A stretch of 64,000 nt of DNA, taken from positions 4,160,001 through 4,224,000 of the forward strand of contig OZ241917.1 of the NCBI GenBank assembly GCA_965203805.1, in the 5' to 3' direction. Positions within the stretch are counted from its first letter, which is position 1. Each line of letters opens with the position of its first letter. Below, one piece after another: positions 38,892 to 49,338 of this stretch. The translations under genes and the position numbers were made by a program. The notes under the pieces are model-generated. The model saw only the letters and a list, made by a program, of their open reading frames with translations. It ran no database searches and was not told the DNA's origin. This DNA is from Candidatus Latescibacterota bacterium. Its GTDB lineage: Bacteria > Latescibacterota > UBA2968 > GCA-2709665.

Positions 38892-39680
38892 CTAGCTCTT
38901 TGTGGAAGTCGTTGGCGGTTGTTCCGATCCTGCAAGGACGAACGCACAATAATTGAGGAACGCGACGGCCCTGAGGCTGTTCTCCTCGGTGCCGTAATCG
39001 GTTGCTTCGCCATGCATAACTAGATGTCGGTTCAAACCGCTGAAATCGTCGGGCCTATCCTTCTTAGAAAGAACGAGCGGCCAGTCGGGGGTGATGAGGG
39101 CACGCACGAATTCAAGAGAATTAGCATCCTTGACTCGTTTGGCGAGCGCCTTGATCGCTTTCTTAGTGCCACCGCTGAACAAGTTGAGAGCGATCCGGTC
39201 GTGCCATATGCCGTCGGCTTGAGCCAGCAAGACGGGAACAGAAAGATTGTAATTGGACTCCCGATGCGCGTCGAACGCCTCTTGCAAAATCAATGTGCGT
39301 TGAGGGTACTCGACAACCAGCTTTGCTTCGATGCTGTCTAGGCGCTCTCGGAACACCTTCTGCATGATTTCCTCGATCGCCTCAGGCTCGCTGTCCCTGT
39401 ATGACGACAGCAGCGCCAGCTGTATCGGAGCCATCCAGGGGTCGGGGTACCAGCCACGTTCAACCAGGACGCTCACAAGGCGGCTGTCGACCTGAATGAA
39501 GCGTCCAAGTTCATGAACCCTGAGTTCATCCAGTGACACGACAACGCTCGCGAGGACTCCCATCACAGTCTCGCCGTTCTCCTCTAACCAAGTCCGCCAA
39601 GCAGCTGCCGACTTTTCCAAACCGGAGAACCACTCAGGGGGCAAGAAGCGTCGAGCAAGGACATCAGTGAGCGTTGGCAT
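38892..39680 (-). CDS. Hypothetical protein with HEPN-like RHxxxHG motif
   Basis: LLAQADGI and LNRHLVMHG...DYG. Confidence 0.7.
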   Translation of the reverse strand: MPTLTDVLARRFLPPEWFSGLEKSAAAWRTWLEENGETVMGVLASVVVSLDELRVHELGRFIQVDSRLVSVLVERGWYPDPWMAPIQLALLSSYRDSEPEAIEEIMQKVFRERLDSIEAKLVVEYPQRTLILQEAFDAHRESNYNLSVPVLLAQADGIWHDRIALNLFSGGTKKAIKALAKRVKDANSLEFVRALITPDWPLVLSKKDRPDDFSGLNRHLVMHGEATDYGTEENSLRAVAFLNYCAFVLAGSEQPPTTSTKS

Positions 39681-40162
39681 CGTATTCTTTCCTATCGAGT
39701 AAAGGCGGGATACACTCAGCGGGATTCCAACCTGAAACACCCGACCCCGCTGGTCTGCGCCAGACATCCACAAATCAGCCAGGCATCCGATTTCGATTGT
39801 AGGTGTACGCGTAACCGATTCGGCGAACCAGAACACGGCATTCTCTTGATACACCCGGCCTCTCTTCGGGAGCGTCGACACCGGGTATGGCAGCGACAGC
39901 GAGATGAAGAACTCGTTGTCTTACCGTACAAAATAGAGAGCCTTTGGGGGATTCTCTGTCAAGGCGCTCAGCCCAGACTAGGATCAGGCCAACTCCCCGA
40001 TGGTCGCTTGCGAGTCCTTCGACAGGATTCCCCGTACGGTCTGGTTGCGGTGGGCACGTATCTGGCACGGTTGATCAACGGATCTGTACTCTACGAGGCC
40101 CGAGTCCAAGCACGCGGTTCTTGTCCTCCGACCGTAACTTCTCTTAAGGAGATGTTCGAACC

Positions 40163-40558
40163 TTACAACTGTTGACTGACTGCGCGTACGATCCCGCCTA
40201 CTCTACGCACCAGTTTCTTGGATTCTCCCTGTGTAAGCGCCTTCTGAGGCACTTCATAGATGCCATTGGATGTGAGGAATGGATACAGAAGTTTGTTCCT
40301 GATGCCCTCAAGAAAGATTGCCATTTGAGCGATTGACAAACACATCGCCAAGGGTTTGGACCTAACGGAAAACTCGCGCAGTTTGCTTCGGTGGGAAGTC
40401 GGGACCTTTCGTCCAATATGCCGGAGCCAAGCCGCCCCAATGGACTCGAACGCGTGATAGGATGCGAAGGCACTCACTTCATGTGCGATTTTGTTCGAAG
40501 CGTTAGCTGAGGTCTGATACCGATCAGCGATGCCTTGGTATTGCTTTGCATCAGTCAT
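40163..40558 (-). CDS. HEPN domain protein
   Basis: F.SYHAFES...A, SH, RNKLLY pattern; overlaps the upstream stop. Confidence 0.7.
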   Translation of the reverse strand: MTDAKQYQGIADRYQTSANASNKIAHEVSAFASYHAFESIGAAWLRHIGRKVPTSHRSKLREFSVRSKPLAMCLSIAQMAIFLEGIRNKLLYPFLTSNGIYEVPQKALTQGESKKLVRRVGGIVRAVSQQL

Positions 40559-41033
40559 GAGCATCCCAAGAGAGAGCGAGGGACTCAGTAATGAGCCACG
40601 ATGGATTCTGAGCCTCCCGAACAATCTCCTTCAGGTCTTCCGTGATGACGAAGACCGACGGGAAGACACCTGTTTGTAGGAGGACGGGACCGAGAGCTAT
40701 TGACAGGTGTTCCAACTCCTGAAACGGGTGGCCCTCAGGGATCGTAGCGATGACCGGCACGAACATGCGACTTCGGGATCTTTTTTGCAGGTGTTTACCC
40801 GAATCGAGAAACATGATCTGGTGCCAGTTACCGGACCACGCCAGCCTCGTTGCGTCCATTGCGTGGATTAGGAACTCCCTCTCGCCATGAGGAAGTAGCT
40901 CAATCCGGGTTTCTCTTGCATGGCCGTACTGAAGGCTTGGAACGGGGCCTCTGGGAAGGAAACGGCTCCATGGCAGCTTAAGGCTCCGGTAGTGGGTACT
41001 CCAATCGTCGGGGAGAGAGTTCCAGTCGACCAT
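40551..41033 (-). CDS. Hypothetical protein, possibly a degenerate nucleotidyltransferase (MNT)-like partner
   Basis: AAGGAGG RBS; coupled to the HEPN gene; C-terminal half MNT-like but lacks GS and DxD. Confidence 0.55.
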   Translation of the reverse strand: MVDWNSLPDDWSTHYRSLKLPWSRFLPRGPVPSLQYGHARETRIELLPHGEREFLIHAMDATRLAWSGNWHQIMFLDSGKHLQKRSRSRMFVPVIATIPEGHPFQELEHLSIALGPVLLQTGVFPSVFVITEDLKEIVREAQNPSWLITESLALSWDAHD

Positions 41034-41105
41034 CTAGCTTGGCCCTCCTTTTTGTCACCCGCCCTAGGCCGGAACGCCCTCTGAAGAAGCCTAGCCGGAA
41101 TACGG

Positions 41106-41811
41106 TACCTGGGCGTGTCCACAACGCATCGTCTGCAAGTCGGAAGTGACACCGCAAGGTGTCAATATCCGATTCGTGGTCACCAACCTGAAACACGCCC
41201 AAGCGTCATTCATCTACAAAACCGCCTATTGCACACGCGGGAGGATGGAAAACTTCATCAAGAATCACAAGACCTTTCTCCATTCCGATCGCACCTCTTG
41301 TCACACGTTCCAGGCCAATCACTTCCGTCTCTTTCTCCACAGCGCCGCCTATGTCCTGATGCATTCCCTGGCTGCTATCGGATTGCGCGGCACAAGTTGG
41401 ACGAACGCACAGTTCAATACCCTGCAGAATCGACTCTTGATAGTCGCCGGGCGCGTTTGTAAGTTGAAAACCAGGATCAAGTTCCATCTCCCGACGGCGT
41501 TCCCACTCAAACACCTTTATGGTAAGATCCTCTATAATCTGGCAACAGGTGTTACATAACCCATCGACGCGCTGACCCCGCCTTCAAATTTGCATCGACA
41601 CGACCCAGTGCCATGGAGACGTCTGCGCTTTTGACAGCGGGATGCATGGCAACTTGACGCCACAGGTCAATCGTGCTGCCAGCAGGCATCGCCCAAACGG
41701 CTTGAACAAGCAAAATCCGTCACAGTCCGTGCGCTTTCGTTGCTCGTTTCGACCGGAATCTCGTTCTGCCTCCTTAAAATCCATCATCTGACGATTCATG
41801 AATAAATCGGG
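41106..41811 (+). mobile_element. IS1380 right-end remnant (transposase C-terminus and IR)
   Basis: RFVVTNL, RGRMENFIKNHK; IR TTCATGAATAAATCGGG followed by CTAG. Confidence 0.9.
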
Positions 41812-42620
41812 CTAGGGGAGAGCAATTCCGCAATTTCGTCGAGATACTCATTAAGGGACAATCCGTGGCTTCTTGCCAAAATCGCTATCGTGTCGATTCT
41901 GGTCCGCTCCCCCTTTTCAATCCTTCGCACGTGGCGTTCAGAAAGCCCTCGTATATCGGCCTGCTTAAGCCCGCACTTCTTGCGCAATTCGGCAACGGCC
42001 TCTCCGAATCGGAGGTCGTACATCAGTCTTTCCCGATCTTTTTTCTGACGCCATGTTTCGTCTTTCAGGTAGCGAACAGCATCTAGGTCAATGTGTACAT
42101 CGACCTCAGGCCAGTGTATATAACTGCCTTCACTGGAGATGGTAAATGACGAACGCTGTTGGGATGGAATCCGCTCCAGGGCGGGCATTTCGGCAAAACC
42201 CGCTCTGAATAAGGTATGATCGCACGCCATGACAAAGAGTTCCTCACCGACGACCTGTGCATCGGCTATGAGTTGATCAGGGCATCCAAGGCTCCAAGCC
42301 GTTAGCACACGCTTTGGTACATCCTTCGTCGAATGCACAATAATATGTCGGCTGCTTTTGAGTTTTGCCTCGTAAAGCATCTGCGGTAAAAACTGAGCGT
42401 TGCCGTCTTCGCGCACGAATAGGGTTCGAAGATGGTTCCGCTGATTGGCAGCACGGACAAAATCACTTACCGTAGGAAGATCGGCAACAGAAGTTAATAC
42501 GAAAATATACCGAGCGTTCACCTCGCTTTCATCCGGTCTAAAAACGGTGAAAGTGGGCGGAATGATGTCATAGCTAAATTGATCTTGAGCCCAGACAATC
42601 ATTTCAGCAGTCCTTGCCAT
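41796..42620 (-). CDS. DUF2442-domain protein with N-terminal extension and C-terminal XRE HTH
   Basis: FTISSEGSYIHWPEVDVHIDL; LRKKCGLKQ...LSERHVRRIEKG. Confidence 0.8.
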   Translation of the reverse strand: MARTAEMIVWAQDQFSYDIIPPTFTVFRPDESEVNARYIFVLTSVADLPTVSDFVRAANQRNHLRTLFVREDGNAQFLPQMLYEAKLKSSRHIIVHSTKDVPKRVLTAWSLGCPDQLIADAQVVGEELFVMACDHTLFRAGFAEMPALERIPSQQRSSFTISSEGSYIHWPEVDVHIDLDAVRYLKDETWRQKKDRERLMYDLRFGEAVAELRKKCGLKQADIRGLSERHVRRIEKGERTRIDTIAILARSHGLSLNEYLDEIAELLSPSPIYS

Positions 42621-42629
42621 TTTGGCTCC

Positions 42630-42899
42630 TTATATCACTTTGGTTTCCCACTCGGCATAAAGGGCGTCTCTATGCTGAAGCACTAGACTTAACAGTTCTC
42701 TCAGCTCTTTGCTTGATGGGCCTGATCCCGAAGGGGGAAACTTCACATTAAAAGCTAGATTCTTGCGTTTACACGCACGAAAAAAGACGCGTATCTCCCA
42801 TTTGTCCGGTTTGCGTGCGTGAAAATGAGGAGGTTCGTGATCTGAGGAATTGAACCATAATTCCAGGCCTGCCAATTGAAAGCATTCCAACTTTCCCAA
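42630..42899 (-). CDS. DUF4160 family protein (HicA-like toxin candidate)
   Basis: SSDHEPPHFHA...W motif. Confidence 0.8.
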   Translation of the reverse strand: MGKLECFQLAGLELWFNSSDHEPPHFHARKPDKWEIRVFFRACKRKNLAFNVKFPPSGSGPSSKELRELLSLVLQHRDALYAEWETKVI

Positions 42900-43055
42900 A
42901 AGACGGCTCCTTGCTCTCTACCAGAGAACATATCCAAAACCGGACAATTAATCAATTATAAACAAAATTAACAATGTCCGCCATCTGGCTGCAATGATTT
43001 AGTTTGACGGTAGCTGATTGGGTGCCATTATAATCACTGATTCTCAGGTTGTCGT

Positions 43056-43436
43056 TCAGTCCAGAACCATGCCGCCGCTGACGTTTATGGTCTGGCCGGT
43101 GACGTTGCGCGCTTCATCGGAAGCGGGGAGAGAGACCACGTTGCGGATGTCCTCGGGCGACTGTTCGCGTTGCATCGGCGTAGAGTAGGCGATGAACAGG
43201 TCGAACACCTCACGGGCGCCTTTTCTGGCATATGCGGGATCAACCTCGGCGAACTTCTGCGCCAGGATGTGCCAGAAGTTGGTCAACACGAACCCGGGGC
43301 ATACCTCCTTGACAGTAATGTTGTCCGGTCCCAGGTCCTTGGCCGTCGGCCACGTCAGGCAGAGCATCGCGTTCTTGGCCGCCGCGTAGGTCGGCAGGAA
43401 GGTCGGGTCAGGTTCTGCGCCAACGGCATACCCCAC
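43056..43436 (-). pseudogene. SDR oxidoreductase C-terminal remnant
   Basis: YAAAK, VCPGFV.T, VTGQTINVSGG; Rossmann N-terminus missing. Confidence 0.8.
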
Positions 43437-43719
43437 GGGCTGAATCGGCTTTCACCATGCGTTTCACATCAACAGCAGCCTACTTGCCTCACCCTCAAGG
43501 AATCGCAAATCCCATTTAGGCTCAAAACGCCGTGGTCGGATGGGACCAGCCGTCCCCTGCTCTTCGCTATGGATTAGCCGGGCCCGTATCGCGAAGGCCG
43601 GGAGGACGCCACCGCTCGGTGAGCCTCGGCGCGTGTGAGCGTACTTTGATGGAGAGCCGCTCCAGGCCGTCGACTTCCACGTCCGGTCCCCGTCGTTGAT
43701 ATTGCAGAGACCTCCGTGG

Positions 43720-43840
43720 TGCGTGCCGCGCCCTCCTGCCAATCACGTATGCGATCTCCGGTTCCGGCTGATAGGCCAATGCGCCTTCGAGATCGGGTAC
43801 CTCTATCGTCGTTCCCGTGCCAACGATGCTCGTCGCGCCC
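43720..43840 (-). pseudogene. Fumarylacetoacetate hydrolase family fragment
   Basis: SIVGTGTTIEVP...EPEIAYVIGRRAR. Confidence 0.45.
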
Positions 43841-43895
43841 TCCCGTTCCAGGTAGTTCGAGAACGCGCAGAGCATGAATTGTAAACGTGAACGCC

Positions 43896-44603
43896 TCAAG
43901 TGATTTTCTTCGTTAAAATGCACGTGAATTTGTCTCTCTTCAAAACTGAATTGACAACCTTAAAGGGAGATGCTTCCAGTTCCGCGACGAGATCTTTGGC
44001 GAAGAAAAAGTGCAGATAGTGTGGTGCTTTCAGCGCGAATCCATCCCCTTCCTCCAGCGTGTCATAGTTCACAGCAAATCGATGATGGTTATCATCGTAA
44101 ACCTCCTCGTAATTCTTCAGTACGGAATCCAGCACTGTCTGAGACATCAAGACTTCGCCATTGGGATCCAACACGCGCGAGATCTCTTCCAAAAAAGCGA
44201 CCCTCGATGCGCGGTGCGGAACATAACAGTAGACGTTCCCCATGAATCCAGCGGTAAATGAGGCATTGGAAAAGGGCAGCGTCGGCATTTCATATTGAAG
44301 AAATGTCACGTTGACGCGTTCCGTCTCAGCAATTCGCCGTGCCTGCTCAATCTGATTCCTGGCGACGTCAATTCCGGTGACGTTGTATCCAAGCCCCGCA
44401 AGTGCGAAACATAATCGTCCTGTCGCACAACCGATGTCCAACAGGCGGCTTTCTACAGGGTACTTCCCGACAAACGCCTGTTCTTCCTCTCTGATACCGA
44501 TCCTTAGTTCTTCCATTCGGAATTCAAGCTCTGCAGGATCGTTGTACTTTTCCTTTACGGAGTCCAGTAATCTTTGGGATTCTTGTGAAATTTCAGCTTT
44601 CAT
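43896..44603 (-). CDS. Class I SAM-dependent methyltransferase
   Basis: LLDIGCATGR, VTGID, LPFSNASF. Confidence 0.9.
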   Translation of the reverse strand: MKAEISQESQRLLDSVKEKYNDPAELEFRMEELRIGIREEEQAFVGKYPVESRLLDIGCATGRLCFALAGLGYNVTGIDVARNQIEQARRIAETERVNVTFLQYEMPTLPFSNASFTAGFMGNVYCYVPHRASRVAFLEEISRVLDPNGEVLMSQTVLDSVLKNYEEVYDDNHHRFAVNYDTLEEGDGFALKAPHYLHFFFAKDLVAELEASPFKVVNSVLKRDKFTCILTKKIT

Positions 44604-44649
44604 ATGGAAGTTTCACTCCCGATGCTGGAGTCGCCCGGATCCCCACGAA

Positions 44650-45549
44650 TTATCTCAATCCATTGATGTCGAATCTCGAGACAAAATTCCAGATCAGCGC
44701 GCTTGTATTGGCGCCTTCATAGTTGATATCGAACCAGACGTGCCCTCCGTTGATCACCTTATAGTGTTCAACGGAGGTATTTTTATCTCCGTCCGTATAG
44801 GAATGGCGTTCAATCGTTGTTGCGCCATCGGTGATGCGATTCACCGTGGGGGTGGCGCTTGTGTTGTTGAAACCCGTCCAATACGCAAGCACGGCGTCAA
44901 TGGATTTCAGTCCCTCGGTTCCACCATAGGGGACAACCGCATCGGATGTCCCATGGATATTGACCATGGCCGTCGGGTGCGACGGATTACATTCGTTATA
45001 TGTCTCCGCCATCATCGTTCCCGCCACGGATCCGATTGCGGCGATTTTGTCACTATGATAGCACGCAAGCGCGTATGAAAAAAAAGCGCCGTTCGAGTAG
45101 CCGCAGGCATATACTCTCGCCGGATCGATGTTGTAGTCGGAGGAGATTTCATCGATTAACGCTTCCACAAAGCCGAAGTCATCCGCATCGCTCTTGTTTC
45201 TATCGGTTTTCAGACCGGCATTCCAGTGCGGGCTTCCGTCTAGAAGGGTACCTTGCGGATAAACCAGGATGAACGTTCCCGAATCCGCCAATGGCCGCAT
45301 ATCCGCGAATCTCAAATGCCGATCCGCGGTCCCGCCGAATCCGTGAAAGTTGAGCATCAGCGGAACTCTGGAAGTTCCGTCAAGAGAGTCGGGTACATAC
45401 AGGATATATTGTCTTGCCACGCCATTGTGAGAAAGGGTTCGTTTAAAAAGACTTGTTGTATCAGGTGCGTCGAGCGGCACGTCGTCATTGCCTGAACAGG
45501 AACACAGGCCTGACAACGCTACGATGGAAACGAAATATAGCCTCATCAT
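44650..45549 (-). CDS. PHB depolymerase family (LpqC-like) esterase lipoprotein
   Basis: Lipobox-like Cys; FHGFGG, GYSNG nucleophile, IHGTSD, GGH.W. Confidence 0.9.
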   Translation of the reverse strand: MMRLYFVSIVALSGLCSCSGNDDVPLDAPDTTSLFKRTLSHNGVARQYILYVPDSLDGTSRVPLMLNFHGFGGTADRHLRFADMRPLADSGTFILVYPQGTLLDGSPHWNAGLKTDRNKSDADDFGFVEALIDEISSDYNIDPARVYACGYSNGAFFSYALACYHSDKIAAIGSVAGTMMAETYNECNPSHPTAMVNIHGTSDAVVPYGGTEGLKSIDAVLAYWTGFNNTSATPTVNRITDGATTIERHSYTDGDKNTSVEHYKVINGGHVWFDINYEGANTSALIWNFVSRFDINGLR

Positions 45550-45699
45550 CAAGGCCGCCCCCTGCGAACGTCGGGCCGGTCCGCCAGCAATCCGATCGGG
45601 TCCTGGACGTTCTCCTCGCCGGACGCGGCAATGGATTCGAGGCCTTCGCGACGACACGTTACCCGGTGTCCTGTCCCAAAAATACCTCACCATTCAACC

Positions 45700-45795
45700 G
45701 CCGATTCATCCCGTCTCGCAGCGTTGCCATCGCTCGCCGACCTGGCCAGGTCGCCTGCGCTCTGGCGCCTTGCGAGCCGGGCGACTCGACGGCCG
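45700..45795. repeat. Imperfect long palindrome
   Basis: Central CGACCTGGCCAGGTCG with CTCGCA/TGCGAG arms. Confidence 0.5.
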
Positions 45796-45826
45796 AATTT
45801 AGGCAACTTATTTCCGGGACAGAACA

Positions 45827-47521
45827 CTAATAATTCCTGGTCATGAGCTGGATGATGTCGTTGCTGGTGATCGCGCCCAGGAACTTTTCCGAATCCCTTT
45901 CCACAACGGGCATGACGGATAGCGAACTCTCTGACATACGCTGCAGCACGTCTTCGACCTGCTCATCAGGCCAGGCCAATGGGGTTTGGCGGCGTACCAC
46001 AGCGTCGAGCCGGGTCTTGTCCCAGGCGTCCTTGGGCAGGTAGCGGAGCATCTCCAGCGACACGATCCCGACCAGCGCTTCCTTATCTGCCACGACGTAG
46101 TGGGACTGGTGCGGAACGATCCACTGCTCCGTGAAGTCACGCACAGTGACCGAAGACGCAGGATGCCGATGCGAGCGGTCCAGAATGTCATCGATCGTGA
46201 TATCTTCCAGCGCGAAGCGGACGATTCCCGACGGAATGTCGTCCAGTTGCTCCGGCAGGTCGGTCCTGCGGCTGGCCCGGCTCACCGCAAAGTTGATCAC
46301 CGACGGCATGAACAGGATGTAGCAGAACATGACCAGCACCAGGAATGAGAAAACCACCTCGTCGATGATTCCGGAACCCCACATGACCAGCAGCAGCGCG
46401 ATTTCCGCCACTCCCTTACCCATCAGCCCGGTGGCTACGGCGTAGGGGACGGCGAGGCGGGACACGTAAGCGCCGATGAAGGCGCCGGTGAAGTTGCCGA
46501 GCAACGGGATCAGCGCCAACCCCGCCATGGCCCCCAGCGGCAATGTTACGAAGGTAAAGCTGAAGCTCAATCCGGCGGAAGCAAAGAAGAGAGGCACGAA
46601 AAACCCCTCGGCCACGCTGCGAAATCCGGGAATGATCTCCCGATGCACCTGGTAGGGAAGGCTCGACAGCGACGCCCCGAACAGTAAGGCGCCCAGTGAG
46701 CCGTGGAGTCCCACTGCTTCCGCGCAGTACACGATCAGGAAGAGCATGCCAAGCAGCAAACCAAGGGAGAGTTGCGGCACCTGGATCACCCGCTGCAACA
46801 GAGCCACCAACGGCGGCAGCACCCGCGACGACAATACCCAGGTGAGTACCGAAAAACCGGCCACTTTGCCCAGCAGAATCAGTATGCCGACAGGCGAAAC
46901 CTGGTGGGCGTGTTCACCGATGCTGAAGCCGATCAGCAGCAGGGCAATCAGCTCGGCGATGATCACCACCGTGAAAATCTGCAGTCCAACCGGCTGTTTC
47001 AGGTATCCGCCGTCCGTCAGCACTTTGGCTACGATGCCCAGACTGGTCATCGACAGCACGCCGGCCAACGCCAGCGACTCGGTGAAATTCAGCTTCAGTC
47101 CGAAATCGAAAACCAGATCGGTGGTGACCAGCATCGAGATGCTTAACGACACGATCACGGACAGAACGGCCGCGAGGAAGTAATGGCCTTTGAGGGACGC
47201 CATGAAGCTGGAAATATCCACTTCGTCCAGGCCGATCAGGAAAAAGAATATGAACACACCCAGCACCAGAACCAACTGGAGGTGCAGCGAGGGCTCGATC
47301 CACCAGACGCCGGTCAGTTTCATGACCGGCCCAAGAATTATGCCTGTCGCCGCGTAGGCGATGATGGCGTTCAACCGCAGCTTGCGAAAAACGCCCTCGG
47401 CCAACTTGGCAACGATGATGAGCATCCCGAGGGTCAACACCGACTGGTGCAGTTCATTCGTGTGACCAGCGGATCTGAACAGATCCACGATCTCCTGGAG
47501 CGAGAAGCCTGCCATGGACAT
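45827..47521 (-). CDS. Cation:proton antiporter (CPA2) with C-terminal CBS domains
   Basis: Many TM helices, TSLGIVAKVL, FFVPLFF; CBS pair. Confidence 0.9.
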   Translation of the reverse strand: MSMAGFSLQEIVDLFRSAGHTNELHQSVLTLGMLIIVAKLAEGVFRKLRLNAIIAYAATGIILGPVMKLTGVWWIEPSLHLQLVLVLGVFIFFFLIGLDEVDISSFMASLKGHYFLAAVLSVIVSLSISMLVTTDLVFDFGLKLNFTESLALAGVLSMTSLGIVAKVLTDGGYLKQPVGLQIFTVVIIAELIALLLIGFSIGEHAHQVSPVGILILLGKVAGFSVLTWVLSSRVLPPLVALLQRVIQVPQLSLGLLLGMLFLIVYCAEAVGLHGSLGALLFGASLSSLPYQVHREIIPGFRSVAEGFFVPLFFASAGLSFSFTFVTLPLGAMAGLALIPLLGNFTGAFIGAYVSRLAVPYAVATGLMGKGVAEIALLLVMWGSGIIDEVVFSFLVLVMFCYILFMPSVINFAVSRASRRTDLPEQLDDIPSGIVRFALEDITIDDILDRSHRHPASSVTVRDFTEQWIVPHQSHYVVADKEALVGIVSLEMLRYLPKDAWDKTRLDAVVRRQTPLAWPDEQVEDVLQRMSESSLSVMPVVERDSEKFLGAITSNDIIQLMTRNY

Positions 47522-47554
47522 CTTGAGATTCTCCGCAGGTACTGTTTGGGGGCC

Positions 47555-48814
47555 TTATTGCGGGCCTGTTAATTTTTCGACCCCGTGGAACCTGCCGTCC
47601 GGACCAATCACGGTCAGGAACACGGCGTCGGATCCCTGGTTATCGTCCGGCCCGTATTTGAGCTGCATGCCGTCGATTTCGATGGCGCCGGCATCTCGAA
47701 CCGAGCGGAGAAGGCACTCTCGACTCAGGTCGGGACCGCAGGCTATAAGACCGGCGACGGCCAGGCGTCCGGCCAGATAACCTTCCAACGAAACGAACCC
47801 GGGTTCCGCCTGGGGGTCGTACTCGGAGAGTGCGCTGTGGTATCGAGCCACCAAAGGGATGTTTTCATCATCGGGGTGGGGAACGACCTGCGTGACGTAT
47901 ACACCGGCCCCGTCGGGCCCCAACTCGTTCGCGAACGCGTTGCTTCCCACGAAGGAAACCGTCATAAATACCGGATCCAGATCCCGCCGAACCAACTCTA
48001 TGGTCTTGACCACCGGCTTGTACGAGCCAATCAGAATCACCGCTTCGGGATTGGCCGCGGTGATTTTGAGCGCGGCGCCCTTCACAGCACGGGTATTGCG
48101 TGGGTAGTGCGAGGCGGCTACCGGCTCCAGGCCCCGGCGCTCCAGCGCCAATCGCGTGCCCTCCAGACCGTTCACGCCGAAGGAATCGTCCTGATAAAGA
48201 ACGGCAACGCGGGTGATCCCCAAATCCTCTGTAAGCCGCGCCACCATCTCCTCGGTTTCCTGGTAGTACGATGCCCGGACGTTGAGCACATTGTCCAACT
48301 CCCGGTCGCGCAGGAACTCCGCCCCCGTGAACGGAGCCAGGAAGGGTACCCCGGCCGTCCGGGCGAGCGGTGATGCGGCGCGGGACGTGGGCGTGCCCAC
48401 CGCTCCGATCAGCGCGAATACCCCGTCGTTCTCAATCAAGTGTCGCGTGTTGGAAGCGGCAAACTCTGTTTCATAGCCGTCATCCAACGCCTTGAGCTTC
48501 AGTTCGCGGCCATGGACGCCGCCTTCCCGATTGGCCTCGTGGAATGCCGCCTCAATGCCCTGGCGCATCGCCTTGCCCAATTCCCGGGCAGGCCCCGTGA
48601 ACGCGGCGGATTGACCAAAAAGGACGTGGTCGATGGAAATGCCGGGGTCCGTGTGGCCGTCTTCCTGCGCCGGGTGCGGCGCCCGACCGACGTCATGCGG
48701 CTCGGGGGCATCCTGACCCTCCACACAGGCCATGCCAAGGGTCGCCAGCAGCAACCCTGCGATCATCGTACGGGGGGGTATCACGTGAGAAACCAAACGC
48801 TGCGCCAGTTTCAT
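47555..48814 (-). CDS. Branched-chain amino acid-type periplasmic binding protein
   Basis: GQSAAFTGP, GGVHGR, DDGY, VGTPT, YQDDSFG. Confidence 0.9.
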   Translation of the reverse strand: MKLAQRLVSHVIPPRTMIAGLLLATLGMACVEGQDAPEPHDVGRAPHPAQEDGHTDPGISIDHVLFGQSAAFTGPARELGKAMRQGIEAAFHEANREGGVHGRELKLKALDDGYETEFAASNTRHLIENDGVFALIGAVGTPTSRAASPLARTAGVPFLAPFTGAEFLRDRELDNVLNVRASYYQETEEMVARLTEDLGITRVAVLYQDDSFGVNGLEGTRLALERRGLEPVAASHYPRNTRAVKGAALKITAANPEAVILIGSYKPVVKTIELVRRDLDPVFMTVSFVGSNAFANELGPDGAGVYVTQVVPHPDDENIPLVARYHSALSEYDPQAEPGFVSLEGYLAGRLAVAGLIACGPDLSRECLLRSVRDAGAIEIDGMQLKYGPDDNQGSDAVFLTVIGPDGRFHGVEKLTGPQ

Positions 48815-49338
48815 CCTTGCGTTCTCCTCACCGGCCGATCGTGGGCGTCGCATTAGCGTCTTCTTCCGTGATGACAACGGCTGCCTGGCGGATAAACCGT
48901 ATGTAAGCTAAACAACCAAGGTCTCTCCAATCAAGGACATTCGATAGCGGTGAGACGACGTCAGGTCGCGCATGTACCGAAACCGGGAGGAAAGGGGGAT
49001 GGAGCGCTCGCGGGTGGTGACGTCCGCCTCCACCTCACAGCGGCTTACGCAATGGCGGCCGATACGCTGAAGGAAGCGGATTTCGTCCTCGCAGAGGACC
49101 AGACCTGACGTGGTGCGTACTCGTTGAACTGTGGACGGGCGTCCGTGGGGAAAAACATGCGCCAGGTGAGGAGAAAACGATGGGGTGGAGGGCAGACGAC
49201 CCGGTGGCGGATCCGGGAGGCTCGCAATACCGCGATTCATTCCGGCGTCGAGGAAGGGTATCGGGCATGGTACGAGATGCTGGAGCAGCTCATCCTGAAT
49301 CTCGTTCGGGCGTCCCATGGGTCGCCGGGAAATCCGGT

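Noticed and set aside
38750-43436. The two SDR fragments as one split gene
   Set aside because: On the minus strand the C-terminal fragment lies upstream of the N-terminal one, which is the wrong order.
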